NCBI GenBank assembly: GCA_002396885.1
Contig: DGXY01000105.1
Location: 31,107 to 93,382, forward strand
Length of the DNA: 62,276 bases
Reading direction: 5' to 3'
From: Akkermansiaceae bacterium UBA5020
GTDB lineage: Bacteria; Verrucomicrobiota; Verrucomicrobiia; Verrucomicrobiales; DEV007
In this document: one piece after another, positions 1 through 11,885 of the stretch
How positions within the stretch are numbered: the stretch's first letter is position 1
Layout: each line of letters starts with the position of its first letter
The notes under the pieces: generated by a model
Told to the model about the DNA's origin: nothing
What the model saw: the letters and a program-made list of their open reading frames with translations, nothing else
Databases searched by the model: none
Program-made: the position numbers and the translations under genes

Positions 1-1649
1 TCCAAGTGGCGGATGTGGAGAGGGTGGCCCGCCCTTCTGTCGAATCCCGTAAAGACTACGCAAAAGTGGACCCGGTGGTCGCGGAGGTGGAAGCCACGCA
101 CCCAGGTGCGCCGACTCGTGCGATGGTGATGAATGAAAAGGCCAAGATGGTCAAGCCGGTGATCTTTGTTCGCGGTGATCCAGCGAGGCGGGGCGATGCC
201 GTGGACCGGCGTTTCCTCGAAGTGTTGGAGCCCAAGAAGACTCCCTTTCCCGAAGCGCAGAGCGGCCGGCGAGAACTGGCTGAACGGATCAGCAGCCCGG
301 CCAATCCACTGACGCCGCGAGTGTGGGCGAATCAGGTGTGGCGTCATCTCCTCGGCCAGGCGCTGGTGAAATCCACGGGCGACTTCGGCTTGCAGGCGGA
401 GCCGCCCACCCATCCGCAGTTGCTGGATTGGCTGGCCTCCGCCTTCCTGCAGCGCGATGGTTCCACCAAACAAATCGTGCGGGACATCGTGCTGAGCGCC
501 ACCTACCAGCAGACCAGCACGAACCGCCCCGATGCGGCAAAGATCGACACTGAAAACACGCTGCTCTGGCGTGCCAACCGCCGTCGCCTCGACTTCGAGG
601 CAATGCGCGATGCGATGCTCGCCACCAGCGGCTTGCTCGACCCCGCCATGGGCGGACGCGCCGTGAATCTCTCCAGCACGCCTTTCACCGGGCGGCGCAC
701 CATCTACGGATTCGTTGATCGCACGAATATCGATCCGCTTTTCACGACCTTCGATTTTCCCTCGCCGGACATCTCCAACACCCAGCGCAGCGAGACCCTC
801 GTGCCGCAGCAGGCGCTCTTTGCGCTGAACGACGGCTTCATCATCGAGCAAGCGAGGAAGCTGGCGGCAGAGGCGGAGAAAGCGGCTGCCAAAACGCCGG
901 GTGATAAGGTGGTCACGGCAACGCGGGAGCTTTACCGCCGGGTGTATCAGCGCGTCCCGCTTCCCGAGGAAGAGTCGCTGGCCCGGAGTCTCCTCGCCGA
1001 TGCCCCGACGCCGGAAAGCGATACGCTTCCGGGCACCTGGCAGCAGGGATTTGGCAGCGCTGATCCCGTTGTGGCAAGGAGCGCGGCCTTTTCGCCGCTG
1101 CCCTATTTCGATGCGGCAACCAAGCGCTACCAGGGAGCACGTTTGTTTCCGGATAAAGAGCACGGCTTCGTCAGTCTGACGACGAGTGGCGGACATCCGG
1201 GGGACGGACTCAAAATGGCGGCCATCCGTCGGTGGATTGCTCCGCATGCCGGAGAGTTTGGCATCGATGGCGAGATTTCCGTCGGAGCCAAGGGCAGCGG
1301 CGATGGGATCCGGGCCCGGGTCATCTCATCACGCTCCGGGCAGATGGGCGAATGGATCGTGGATCGTGCCAACGGGGTTTCTGCGCCGACCACACTTCCA
1401 AAAGTGACCGTCAAAGCCGGCGAGATCCTGGATTTTACCGTGGATTGCCGCGAGAACACCACGGCCGATGGCTTCCGCTGGGTGCCGACCCTCCGGCTTC
1501 TCGTGATGCCGGAGAAAGCACCGAAAGACATGCAAACCGTATGGGATTCCCAGGCAGATTTCAAAGCACCACCGCCGCCGAAGCTCACGCCTTTGGAGCA
1601 AATGGCGCAGGCCCTCATTATCACCAACGAGTTCATGTTCATCGACTGA
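1..1649 (+). CDS. DUF1553 (PSD1) domain protein, C-terminal part; the gene starts upstream of the window
   Basis: The open frame runs from the window edge to a stop at 1647-1649. The translated C-terminus resembles the Planctomycete/Verrucomicrobial DUF1553 family. It sits immediately upstream of a DUF1501 gene, which is the canonical pairing. Confidence 0.65.
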   Translation, partial: QVADVERVARPSVESRKDYAKVDPVVAEVEATHPGAPTRAMVMNEKAKMVKPVIFVRGDPARRGDAVDRRFLEVLEPKKTPFPEAQSGRRELAERISSPANPLTPRVWANQVWRHLLGQALVKSTGDFGLQAEPPTHPQLLDWLASAFLQRDGSTKQIVRDIVLSATYQQTSTNRPDAAKIDTENTLLWRANRRRLDFEAMRDAMLATSGLLDPAMGGRAVNLSSTPFTGRRTIYGFVDRTNIDPLFTTFDFPSPDISNTQRSETLVPQQALFALNDGFIIEQARKLAAEAEKAAAKTPGDKVVTATRELYRRVYQRVPLPEEESLARSLLADAPTPESDTLPGTWQQGFGSADPVVARSAAFSPLPYFDAATKRYQGARLFPDKEHGFVSLTTSGGHPGDGLKMAAIRRWIAPHAGEFGIDGEISVGAKGSGDGIRARVISSRSGQMGEWIVDRANGVSAPTTLPKVTVKAGEILDFTVDCRENTTADGFRWVPTLRLLVMPEKAPKDMQTVWDSQADFKAPPPPKLTPLEQMAQALIITNEFMFID

Positions 1650-1663
1650 ATTAACCCCCATTT

Positions 1664-3094
<1,431 letters not shown>

Positions 3095-3220
3095 CCGCCG
3101 CGAGCCCACCTTCGGATCGGCAGCGCCGCGAACCGCTTCCTCACTCTCAACATCTGCTACCGCAACGCACTCTGTCTGTTATGGATGGGGCGGACGTTCA
3201 AACAAACTCCTTTCCTTGAA

Positions 3221-4771
3221 ATGAAACCTACCCCTACCCACCTCATCACCCTCCTCGCGTTGTTCACTTTCGGAAGCGCATTTCTTTCCGCAGCCGATTT
3301 CCGGCTCGCCTCAGCGCTTTCGGATCACATGGTGCTTCAGCGTGAGAAGCCAGTCGCGGTTTGGGGTTGGGCGGATGCGGGCGAAACGGTGACGGTTTCC
3401 TTCGCCGGTCAATCGAAGTCCGCCACGGCGGGCACGGATGGGAAGTGGTCGCTAAAGCTGGATGCCCTGTCGGCCAGCGCGGAGTCCCGCACGCTCGTCG
3501 TCACGGGGAAGGGGGGGCATAAGGTCGAGGTGAAGGATGTGCTCGTGGGCGAGGTGTGGCTCGGATCAGGGCAGTCGAACATGGCGATGACGGTCGCCGG
3601 TTGTTACCACTTCGATGCCGAGAAGGTGGCGGCGAAGGATCCGCTCATCCGCCATTACCGCGAGAGCTCGGGCCCCTCCGACACACCCCAGGCCGAGGGC
3701 AAAGGCTCGTGGCAACTCTGCACGCCGGACAACGTCGGCGGCTTCTCCGCCACGCTGTATTTCTTTGGCCGCGAGATCCGCCGGGAGGTCGACGTGCCTG
3801 TCGGCCTGATCAATACGTCAGTCGGCGGCACGCCGATCGAGTCCTGGGTCGCGGCCGAGGTGCAGTCCTCCGATCCCGGGACGAAGGCGAACTACGAGAC
3901 GCGGCTCGATACCTACCGGGAATTTGATCCCGCCGAGGCTCCCGCCTTGCACCAGAAGCAGCTCGCGATCTGGAAAGCCGCTTCCGAGAAGGCGAAAGCC
4001 AAGGGCACTCCTTTCGTGGTCCCTGCGCCGAAAGATCCGCTGGCGATGCACAAGCTCAAAGGCGGCCCGAGCGGTCTTTTCAATGGCAAGGTCGTCAATC
4101 TCGCACCCTACACCCTGCGTGGCATGCTCTGGTATCAGGGCGAAGGCAATGCCAAGAGCAATCCAGACCTTTATCACAAGCAGCTCACGCAGCTCGTGAC
4201 GAGTTGGCGCGCGCTTTGGCAGGACGAAGTGCCCTTCGCCTGGGTGCAGTTGCCGAACTACACCTCGCCCGGCGAAGGCTGGCCCCGCGTTCGTGAAGCC
4301 ATGCTGAAGACCCTAACCTTGCCCAAAACCGGCATGGCCATCACCATCGACCTCGGCGATGCGAAGGACATCCATCCGAAGAACAAGCAGGATGTCGGCA
4401 AGCGGCTTTCCTACTGGGCGCTCGGCACCGTCTATGGCAAAAATGTCCCGGCCACCAGCGGCCCGCTGCCCGCCGGATCGACCATCGACGGCAATGCCAT
4501 CACCGTTTCCTTCCAGCACACCAACGGCGGCCTCAAATCCATCACCGGCGGCCCGCTCACCGGCTTTCAGATTGCCGGAGCCGATCAACTATGGAAGCCC
4601 GCCGAGGCCAAGATCGTCGGCGAGACCGTCGTCATCAGCAGCGCTGAGGTCGCGCAGCCCGTGGCCGTTCGCTATGCGTGGAAAGACTGGCCCGACTTCA
4701 GCCTCGCCAATGGCGCGGGGTTGCCTGCCTCGCCTTTCCGCACCGATGACTGGCCTGCGGTGAAGAAGTGA
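3221..4771 (+). CDS. sialate O-acetylesterase family protein (DUF303/SGNH-like)
   Basis: Signal peptide MKPTPTHLITLLALFTFGS. Motifs DHMVLQREKPVAVWGWA, GEVWLGSGQSNM and MLWYQGEGNA are typical of the sialic acid 9-O-acetylesterase family. A paralog lies at 14182. Confidence 0.8.
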   Translation: MKPTPTHLITLLALFTFGSAFLSAADFRLASALSDHMVLQREKPVAVWGWADAGETVTVSFAGQSKSATAGTDGKWSLKLDALSASAESRTLVVTGKGGHKVEVKDVLVGEVWLGSGQSNMAMTVAGCYHFDAEKVAAKDPLIRHYRESSGPSDTPQAEGKGSWQLCTPDNVGGFSATLYFFGREIRREVDVPVGLINTSVGGTPIESWVAAEVQSSDPGTKANYETRLDTYREFDPAEAPALHQKQLAIWKAASEKAKAKGTPFVVPAPKDPLAMHKLKGGPSGLFNGKVVNLAPYTLRGMLWYQGEGNAKSNPDLYHKQLTQLVTSWRALWQDEVPFAWVQLPNYTSPGEGWPRVREAMLKTLTLPKTGMAITIDLGDAKDIHPKNKQDVGKRLSYWALGTVYGKNVPATSGPLPAGSTIDGNAITVSFQHTNGGLKSITGGPLTGFQIAGADQLWKPAEAKIVGETVVISSAEVAQPVAVRYAWKDWPDFSLANGAGLPASPFRTDDWPAVKK

Positions 4772-4785
4772 ATCAAGGCATTCCG

Positions 4786-5547
4786 ATGGAACTCCTTCTC
4801 ACACTCTCCATGGGCCTGCTGCACACGCTGGTTCCCGCACTGCACGCCGCCGATACGCCAGCCAAACCCAAGGTCGCCACGCCACCCGAGTTCGTCGCCA
4901 TCACTGATGACCCCAAGCTGCCACGCGTGCTCTTGATGGGCGACTCGGTGTCCATCGCGTATGCCCTGGAGGTGCGGAAGCTGCTCGCGGGTGTGGCGAA
5001 TGTGCATCGCGTGCCCGCGAACTGTGGCTCGACGAAAGTGGCGGTCGGCTACTACGGACTCAAACGCTGGTTGCCGGATCCGGGTGAGAAATGGGACGTC
5101 ATTCACTTCAATCACGGTCTGCACGACCTCTCGTATCGGTTCGCCGATGATCGCGACAAGAACGACCGAGGCGAATACGCATCGCCCACCAATGGGGGGC
5201 ATCAGAACGTGCCGCCGGTCGACTATGAGAAGAACCTGCGCCAGATCATCGCACGATTGAAGCAGACCGGTGCCAAGCTCATCTTTGCCAGCACCACCCC
5301 CGTGCCGGAAAGCGATGCGGCGAAGTATGTGAAAGACTCCGAGCTGCCCTACAACGAGATCGCGAAAAAAGTCATGACCGAGGAAGGCGTGACTTGGAAC
5401 GATCTCTGGTTACTGGTAAAACCCCGCCAAGCCGAGCTGCAAGGCGCGCGCAACGTCCACTTTCAAGCCAAAGGCTCGTCGGTAATGGCGAAGCAGGTGG
5501 CGGAGATGATTCAGAACGCACTTTCCGCAGGTAAAATCCAGCCATGA
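4786..5547 (+). CDS. SGNH/GDSL hydrolase family esterase
   Basis: LLMGDSVS (GDS block), HFNHGLHDL, signal peptide ending LHAAD. An alternative GTG start at 4768 overlaps the previous stop. Confidence 0.7.
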   Translation: MELLLTLSMGLLHTLVPALHAADTPAKPKVATPPEFVAITDDPKLPRVLLMGDSVSIAYALEVRKLLAGVANVHRVPANCGSTKVAVGYYGLKRWLPDPGEKWDVIHFNHGLHDLSYRFADDRDKNDRGEYASPTNGGHQNVPPVDYEKNLRQIIARLKQTGAKLIFASTTPVPESDAAKYVKDSELPYNEIAKKVMTEEGVTWNDLWLLVKPRQAELQGARNVHFQAKGSSVMAKQVAEMIQNALSAGKIQP

Positions 5548-6785
5548 ACACTCGCCGCCAATTCATCGCCACGGTTGCTGGAGCCGCTGCGGTCTCGTCG
5601 AAGGCGGGCGCGGCTGAATCCAAGCCTGAGATTCGTTACTCGATGAATCCCACGCCGCCGAAGGTCGGGCCGCACACGGGCACGCTGGATGTTTTCGTCC
5701 AGAAGTTGAAGCCGCGGGGCGAGGTGCCGCTTTCGTTTCTCAACGACGAGCATGCCGATCTCGCGGCTTGGAAGGCAAAGGCTCGGGCGAAGATGCTGGA
5801 GCTGCTGCACTACTCACCGGAAACGTGCGAGCCGCAGGCGGAGGTGATCCTGCGGAAGGACTGCGGCGACTACATTCGCGAGGAGATCAGGTTTAACACC
5901 ACACCGGTGTTTCGCGTGCCAGGCACGGTCCTGATTCCGAAAGGACTGACGAAACCCGCGCCCGCGGTGGTCCTGCTGCATTCGCATGGGGCCTATTACC
6001 TCTGGGGCCGCGAGCGGGAACTCGAAGGCGACGACGTGCATCCCACCCTGATCGAGATGCGGGAGTCCTACGGGAAGAAGGCCATCGGCACCGAGTTGGT
6101 GCGGCGGGGTTATGTGGTAATCACCATCGACATGTTTTTCTGGGGTGAAAGGCGCATGGTGCTTGAGGACGATCCACCGGAGTGGAAGGAGCGGCCTGCG
6201 GGCATCAGCAGCGAGTCGGTGGTGAAGTTCAACCAGCGCAGCAATGCCAGCGAGCAGCTCATGGGCCGCACCTTGCTCAGCGCGGGCGTCACCTGGGCGG
6301 GCATCCTCGCGTGGGATGACCTCCGCACGGTGGACTATCTCGTGACGCGGCCCGAGGTGGACCCGCAGCGCATCGGCTGCGTGGGACACAGCGTCGGCGG
6401 ACTGCGTAGCGCCTATCTCACGGCCTTGGATGATCGGATCAAAGCCGCCGTCGTGTGCGGATGGATGTGTTCCTTTCCCCATCAGCTCGCCAAACACATC
6501 CGCAACACCATCGGCCACACCAAAATCATCCCCGGCATTTACCGCCTCATGGATCATCCCGACATCGCCTCCCTCGCGATGCCAAAGCCGCTCATGGTCA
6601 TCAACGGCATCGAAGATCCGCTCTTCGAGCCCGACGGCGTCCGTGCCGCTCATGAGAAACTGACCAAATGCTACGCCAAAGCCGGTGTGCCGGAACATTT
6701 CAAAGGCATCATCGAAGAACGCCCCCACGAGTTCAACGCCGAGCGTCAAAACGAGGCGTGGGCGTGGTTTGCGAAGTATCTCTGA
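5544..6785 (+). CDS. alpha/beta hydrolase (dienelactone hydrolase / acetyl esterase-like)
   Basis: TAT-like N-terminus MNTRRQFIATVAGAAAV. GHSVGG nucleophile elbow. The ATG overlaps the upstream stop (ATGA). Confidence 0.7.
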   Translation: MNTRRQFIATVAGAAAVSSKAGAAESKPEIRYSMNPTPPKVGPHTGTLDVFVQKLKPRGEVPLSFLNDEHADLAAWKAKARAKMLELLHYSPETCEPQAEVILRKDCGDYIREEIRFNTTPVFRVPGTVLIPKGLTKPAPAVVLLHSHGAYYLWGRERELEGDDVHPTLIEMRESYGKKAIGTELVRRGYVVITIDMFFWGERRMVLEDDPPEWKERPAGISSESVVKFNQRSNASEQLMGRTLLSAGVTWAGILAWDDLRTVDYLVTRPEVDPQRIGCVGHSVGGLRSAYLTALDDRIKAAVVCGWMCSFPHQLAKHIRNTIGHTKIIPGIYRLMDHPDIASLAMPKPLMVINGIEDPLFEPDGVRAAHEKLTKCYAKAGVPEHFKGIIEERPHEFNAERQNEAWAWFAKYL

Positions 6786-6805
6786 GCCTGAGCCGAATGG
6801 ACAAA

Positions 6806-6852
6806 GGAATGGGGACAAAGGAATCAAGCATTTATTCTCCTGTCCCCATTCC
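6806..6852. repeat. Family-1 intergenic hairpin element, copy A (GGAATGGGGACAAAGG ... CCTGTCCCCATTCC)
   Basis: Imperfect inverted repeat with ~14-16 nt arms and ~17 nt loop, 20 nt after the stop of the 5544-6785 gene. A near-identical copy lies at 19826-19876. Confidence 0.6.
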
Positions 6853-6924
6853 CATGTCCTTTTGAAAGATAGTCAGGCGCCACACTCGACTCGGCTATCG
6901 AGCCCTCTGCAACCAACCCAAAAC

Positions 6925-8277
6925 ATGATCTCTCGATTCTCAAAATCTGCGCCCTTGCTGCAAGCGCCCGGCGGCCTCGTGACCTTGACCGTGGCGTTCC
7001 TGATGACTGGGAGCCTCCTCCGCGCGGACACCCCGCCGGAAGTTGCCAAGGCGCTGCTCGAACAGAAAGCCGCCACGCCTCTGCCCAAGCCCGAAGGCGA
7101 CGTCGTGCATGTGAAAACCGCCACGGAACTGGAGCAGGCCGTTCGGTCCATGAAATCGGGACAAACGATCGTGCTCGCCGCGGGCGAATACCGCATCACC
7201 CACGATCTCGTGCCCGGTGCCAAAACGCCGGAGCCGCTGCGCAACATTGCCTTCCGTGGCGCAACCGGGAAGCGCGAGGACGTCGTCATTCGTGGACCGG
7301 GGCAGGAAAACACGGAGGGCAACCCACAAAGCTGCTTCCAGTTCAACAACGTGGATGGCGCGCTCGTCGCCGACCTGTCCATCGGCGACTTCTTCCATCA
7401 TCCCATTATGCTGCATGGCAGGTTCGGCTGTCGTGCCGTGCGGATGCGAAATCTCCGGCTCTTCGATGCCGGCCAGCAGTTCGTGAAGGGCACCAGCGGC
7501 GGACCGGGCCGCATCGGGGCGAAGGACTGCATCGTTGAGCACTGCCTCATCGAATACACCGACATCGGCCCCATCGCGAATCAGGGCTACACCCAGGGCG
7601 TGGACATCCACCGCGGTGACCGCAACATCGTCCGTGACTGCGTCTTCCGGAACATGCATGTGAAGCCGGGTCTGAGGTTCCAGCACGGTCCGGCGGTGCT
7701 CATGTGGAATGACTCGCGCGACTCCCTCGTCGAGCGCTGCGTCTTCCTCGACTGCGATCGCGGCGTCCAATTCGGCGTGAGTGAAAAACCCAAAGACGGC
7801 CCCAGCGACCACTCCGGCGGCGTCATACGCAACAACTTCTTCTACACCTCACGTCGCATCACCAATGCCGACGCGCCGATTCTGGCCTGGAACTCACCCG
7901 GCACCAAAATCCTGCACAACACCATCCTGACCAATGGCACTTGTCCCAACGCCATCGAGTATCGCTTCACCAACACCAAGGGCGTCATCATCGCGAACAA
8001 CCTGACCGACGCCAAGATCCTCTCGCGCAACGGCGCTGAAGCCGAGGTGTATGGCAACTTCACGGAGGCGGCTCCGGGGATGTTCGTTGATCCCGCCGGC
8101 GGCGACCTACAGTTGAAATCGCCTGTCGCCGGTGTTGTCGGCGCAGCGGAGAAGCTGCGTCCGCCATTGACCGCCGCCGACTGTGCCGACGATTTCAACG
8201 GCCACCCCCGCCGGAGCGATGGCCCCGGCGACATCGGAGCCGCAGAACATCCAAGCCCGTCCGCCGTGAAGGAGTAG
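6925..8277 (+). CDS. right-handed parallel beta-helix repeat protein (putative polysaccharide lyase/hydrolase)
   Basis: The ORF track starts at 6685, but the plausible start is ATG 6925 (MISRFSKS... with a hydrophobic signal). Repeated beta-helix-like segments (NIVRDCVFRN, SLVERCVFLDC, VIRNNFFY, ILHNTILTNG). Confidence 0.6.
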   Translation: MISRFSKSAPLLQAPGGLVTLTVAFLMTGSLLRADTPPEVAKALLEQKAATPLPKPEGDVVHVKTATELEQAVRSMKSGQTIVLAAGEYRITHDLVPGAKTPEPLRNIAFRGATGKREDVVIRGPGQENTEGNPQSCFQFNNVDGALVADLSIGDFFHHPIMLHGRFGCRAVRMRNLRLFDAGQQFVKGTSGGPGRIGAKDCIVEHCLIEYTDIGPIANQGYTQGVDIHRGDRNIVRDCVFRNMHVKPGLRFQHGPAVLMWNDSRDSLVERCVFLDCDRGVQFGVSEKPKDGPSDHSGGVIRNNFFYTSRRITNADAPILAWNSPGTKILHNTILTNGTCPNAIEYRFTNTKGVIIANNLTDAKILSRNGAEAEVYGNFTEAAPGMFVDPAGGDLQLKSPVAGVVGAAEKLRPPLTAADCADDFNGHPRRSDGPGDIGAAEHPSPSAVKE

Positions 8278-8347
8278 CGGCAAGGAACAAATGCCATCAC
8301 TTCCTCCGTTCTCATCGCCGCCCGGCGGCGCGATTCTCACCAAAACC

Positions 8348-9322
8348 ATGAAAACAATTCTCACCGCCCTCCTCCTCGCTCCACTGACCTCACTTCTCGC
8401 AGCCGATGCCCCGGCCAAGGCGCAGAAGCCCGCACCAGAGCACCGGAAATATGAGCTGCCCGTCGAGCCGGATGAAAACGTCGCCTACGGCCCGCACCGC
8501 ATGCAGGTGATTTATTTCTGGCGGGCGAAGTCCGACCAACCCACCCCTCTGCTGGTTTACATTCATGGTGGCGGCTGGCAGGGAGGCGATCGTTCCGTCG
8601 TGCGTAGCATGCTCCTTCCGGCTCTCGAAGCCGGAATCTCGGTGGCCTCCGTGGAATACCGCACGATCAAGGACTCCACCGCCGACGGACTGGTGCCGCC
8701 GGTGAAGGGCCCAATGCTCGACTGCGCCCGCGCTCTCCAGTTCTGCCGCAGCAAGGCCAAGGAGTGGAACCTCGACAAAACCAAGGTCGCTCTCTCCGGC
8801 GGCTCCGCCGGTGCCTGCACGAGCCTCTGGCTGGCCTTTCACGATGAGATGGCGGACCCAAACAGCCCTGATCCCATCGCCCGTGAGTCCACCCGCGTGC
8901 TTTGCGCCGCGGTGTCCGGTGCCCAGACCACACTCGATCCCCACCAGATGCGCGAATGGACGCCCAACAGCAAATACGGTTCGCACGCCTTCGGCATCGT
9001 CTGGGATGCGAAGAAGAAAATCTCCTCCTTCCAGATGTTCTACGATGCCCGTGAACGCCTCCTTCCCTGGATCAAAGAATACTCACCCTACGAGTTGGTC
9101 ACCCGCGATGATCCGCCCGTGGGCCTTTACTACAGCTCGCCGCCAAACCTCGGTCATGACGAAAAAGACCCCACCCACACGGCGAACTTCGGCGTGAAGC
9201 TCAAGGAGCATTGCGACGCCCACCACGTCCCGTGCGATCTCGTCTATCCCGGAGCACCAAACGTGAGCTACGCCACGGACAGCGACTACATCAAGGCCCA
9301 CCTGCGGCCCGAGTTGAAGTGA
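8348..9322 (+). CDS. alpha/beta hydrolase-fold esterase/lipase (Abhydrolase_3-like)
   Basis: Signal peptide MKTILTALLLAPLTSLLAADAP. HGGGW oxyanion motif. GGSAG nucleophile elbow. Confidence 0.75.
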   Translation: MKTILTALLLAPLTSLLAADAPAKAQKPAPEHRKYELPVEPDENVAYGPHRMQVIYFWRAKSDQPTPLLVYIHGGGWQGGDRSVVRSMLLPALEAGISVASVEYRTIKDSTADGLVPPVKGPMLDCARALQFCRSKAKEWNLDKTKVALSGGSAGACTSLWLAFHDEMADPNSPDPIARESTRVLCAAVSGAQTTLDPHQMREWTPNSKYGSHAFGIVWDAKKKISSFQMFYDARERLLPWIKEYSPYELVTRDDPPVGLYYSSPPNLGHDEKDPTHTANFGVKLKEHCDAHHVPCDLVYPGAPNVSYATDSDYIKAHLRPELK

Positions 9323-9349
9323 GGTTTGCAGCGATACGGTTCGAAAACC

Positions 9350-10132
9350 ATGATCCAAAACCCCTCCGTCCCCCTCCTCGCTGCGCTGCTGCTCGCGCCG
9401 TTGACCGCGCTGCAATCCGCCGACAAGGCTCCCGTTCCTGCATCGTGGAGCGATGACTTCTCTGACGCGGCTTCCTTTGACGTTGAGTGGCGGCCCTATG
9501 GATTTCTCGCTACCGGCATCGATGCCAAACATCCGCTCGGTAAAACGGTCAGTGGCAAGGAGGCGCGGCCTGAATGGTGGCAGCTCGTGGATGGGGCACT
9601 GCGCGGTCAATGTTTCCCGGAGGAGAAACATCCGCCAGGTCTGCGCCGGGCCATCAGCGGGACGGACATCCGTCTTTCCTGCCGTTTCAAAATCGCTCCC
9701 GAGGGCCAGATCGGCATCAGCATCGGCGGGCCGAATCCTATCGTGGAGAAAGATTTCAATGTCGCCGGACTGCACATCCGCCCCGACGGCATCACCGCTT
9801 GGGACAACGACGTTTTGCACCCGAAGGGCTCGCCTGAAGCTGAGGAACTGAAAGCCAGGGGAACATGGAATCGCAAGTTCTTCTACGCAAAGACCGAGAA
9901 GCTTCCGATCGCACCCGATGTGTGGCACTCACTTGTCCTGGAACTGCGCGGCAAAGAGCTTCGAGTCCTGCTCAACGGTAAGCTAGCTCTAACCTACACC
10001 ACGCTTTGTGGTGACGTGCCGAAGCACGACGTCGGCCTCCAGCCGGGCGGGAAAAGCCAAAAACCTCTCGCATCGTGGTTCGACGATATTCGTGTCGAGC
10101 CGCTGCTAGCAGACCAACAATCAGTTCGATGA
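9350..10132 (+). CDS. DUF1080 (3-keto-disaccharide hydrolase-like, LamG jelly-roll) domain protein
   Basis: Signal peptide ALLLAPLTALQSAD. C-terminal WHSLVLELRGKELRVLLNGKL pattern typical of DUF1080. The protein is ~260 aa. Confidence 0.65.
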   Translation: MIQNPSVPLLAALLLAPLTALQSADKAPVPASWSDDFSDAASFDVEWRPYGFLATGIDAKHPLGKTVSGKEARPEWWQLVDGALRGQCFPEEKHPPGLRRAISGTDIRLSCRFKIAPEGQIGISIGGPNPIVEKDFNVAGLHIRPDGITAWDNDVLHPKGSPEAEELKARGTWNRKFFYAKTEKLPIAPDVWHSLVLELRGKELRVLLNGKLALTYTTLCGDVPKHDVGLQPGGKSQKPLASWFDDIRVEPLLADQQSVR

Positions 10133-11883
10133 AAACCACCCGCGCAATTCTCATCGCCCTGCTCCTCGCATCGCTGGATTCGCTGCATGCGGCCGACTCA
10201 TCCGCACCGAAGCCGAACCTCCTCCTCATTCTCGCGGACGACATGGGCTGGGGGGATCTGCGTTGCCACGGCAATGAAAGGATCGACACACCATCGCTCG
10301 ACAGGCTCCGGAGCCAGAGCGTGGAACTGGAGCATTTCCACGTCAGCCCGGTCTGTTCGCCGACACGGGCCTCGTTGCTGACCGGACGCCACCATTTCCG
10401 GCTCGGCGTCTTGAACACGACCTCGGGTCTCGAGGTCATGCACGGCGATGAGGTGACTCTGGCGGAGGCGCTGAAACCGGCGGGGTATGTGAGCGGCTGT
10501 TTCGGCAAATGGCACAACGGCGCGAACCATCCCACCACCGCGCGAGGCCAGGGCTTTGATGAATTTTTCGGTTTCAACGGGGGGTATTTCTCGAACTACT
10601 TCGATCCCGAACTGGAGCACGATGGGGTCACGAAAATGCGGAAGGGTTTCATCACCGATGTGCTCGCGGACGCGGCGATGCGATTCATGGAAAAACACCG
10701 CTCACAGCCGTTCTTTTGCTATGTGCCCTTCAATGCATGTCACTCGCCCATGCAGGCACCCGATGACTTGTTTGCGAAATACACCAAGGCGGGCTTCGAG
10801 CCGAAGACCGCGGCGGTTTACGCGATGATCGAAAACCTCGACAGCAACGTGGGCCGCTTGCTCGCGAAACTGGACAAGCTGGGGCTCGCGGAGAACACCC
10901 TCGTGTTGTTTTCCACTGACAACGGGCCGAACACGCCGCGTTTCAATGGCGGCATGCGCGGCGGCAAAGGCAGTCTCTTCGAAGGCGGGCAGCGGGTGCC
11001 CTGCTTCATCCGCTGGCCTGGAAAACTCGAGGCAGGCAAGCGTGTGCCACAGATCGCCCAGCACATCGACGTGCTCCCGACCTTGCTCGATCTGGCAGGC
11101 GTGCCTTTGCCACAGACGAAACCGCTTGATGGTTTGAGCCTTGCGCCGCTGCTGCGAGGCGAGTCGGCGGAGTGGCCCGAGCGCGTGTTGTTCGAAGTGA
11201 CCGGGCGTGGCGGGAAGGATGGCGCATCCATCGCAAGGTATCCCGGCACCGCTCGCAGCGAGACTCATCGCTGGTCGCATGACAACAAGCAGGAGATGCT
11301 CTTCGACCTGCGGAGCGATCCTGGCGAAAAGAACAACCTCGCCGCGCAAGAACCGGAGATCGCCGCGAGACTTTCCGAGGCCTACGATGCCTGGTTCGCA
11401 AAGGCGACCGCCGCCACGCAGGGCCAGGTGCAGCGTTTTCCCATCACCCTCGGCGAAGGAACCGAACTGCTCGCCCCTTACGCCACGCTCGAAGGCGGGG
11501 CGAAGTTCTTCGGGATGGGCTGGGACAACGACTGGGCCGTCTTTCCGACGGACAGCGCGGCTGTCGTGTGGCATCTGGAGGTGCCCGAGCCCGGGGACTA
11601 TGAAGTCACCGCGTTGCACACCGCCAGCGAACCGGGCGGAAAGATCCACGCCATCGTGGGTGGGCGAACGGTGGAAACCACCCTCGCCGCCGCGCACGAC
11701 CCGCCGCCGATCCCGCGCCCCGACCTCGTGACGCGCTGGGAGGTGCCGGACAAGGCCTTTGCGCCCTTGCCGCTCGGTATCCTCCCTGTTCCCGCCGGAA
11801 CGCAAGCGTTCAAGGTCACGGCCTCTCCGGGCATTGAGATTCAGTCCGTGCGCGTCAAGCGTGTGAAGAAGACCGGCCAATAG
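10129..11883 (+). CDS. sulfatase (Cys-type arylsulfatase family)
   Basis: LLLILADDMGWGDL and the CSPTRASLLTGR formylglycine motif (C-x-P-x-R). The ATG overlaps the previous stop (ATGA). Confidence 0.9.
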   Translation: MKTTRAILIALLLASLDSLHAADSSAPKPNLLLILADDMGWGDLRCHGNERIDTPSLDRLRSQSVELEHFHVSPVCSPTRASLLTGRHHFRLGVLNTTSGLEVMHGDEVTLAEALKPAGYVSGCFGKWHNGANHPTTARGQGFDEFFGFNGGYFSNYFDPELEHDGVTKMRKGFITDVLADAAMRFMEKHRSQPFFCYVPFNACHSPMQAPDDLFAKYTKAGFEPKTAAVYAMIENLDSNVGRLLAKLDKLGLAENTLVLFSTDNGPNTPRFNGGMRGGKGSLFEGGQRVPCFIRWPGKLEAGKRVPQIAQHIDVLPTLLDLAGVPLPQTKPLDGLSLAPLLRGESAEWPERVLFEVTGRGGKDGASIARYPGTARSETHRWSHDNKQEMLFDLRSDPGEKNNLAAQEPEIAARLSEAYDAWFAKATAATQGQVQRFPITLGEGTELLAPYATLEGGAKFFGMGWDNDWAVFPTDSAAVVWHLEVPEPGDYEVTALHTASEPGGKIHAIVGGRTVETTLAAAHDPPPIPRPDLVTRWEVPDKAFAPLPLGILPVPAGTQAFKVTASPGIEIQSVRVKRVKKTGQ

Positions 11884-11885
11884 TC

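Noticed and set aside
6685-6924. 80-aa N-terminal extension of the first beta-helix protein
   Set aside because: It is translated across the intergenic hairpin repeat (the GMGTKE-type peptide arises from the repeat itself). The signal-peptide-bearing Met at 6925 is a better start.
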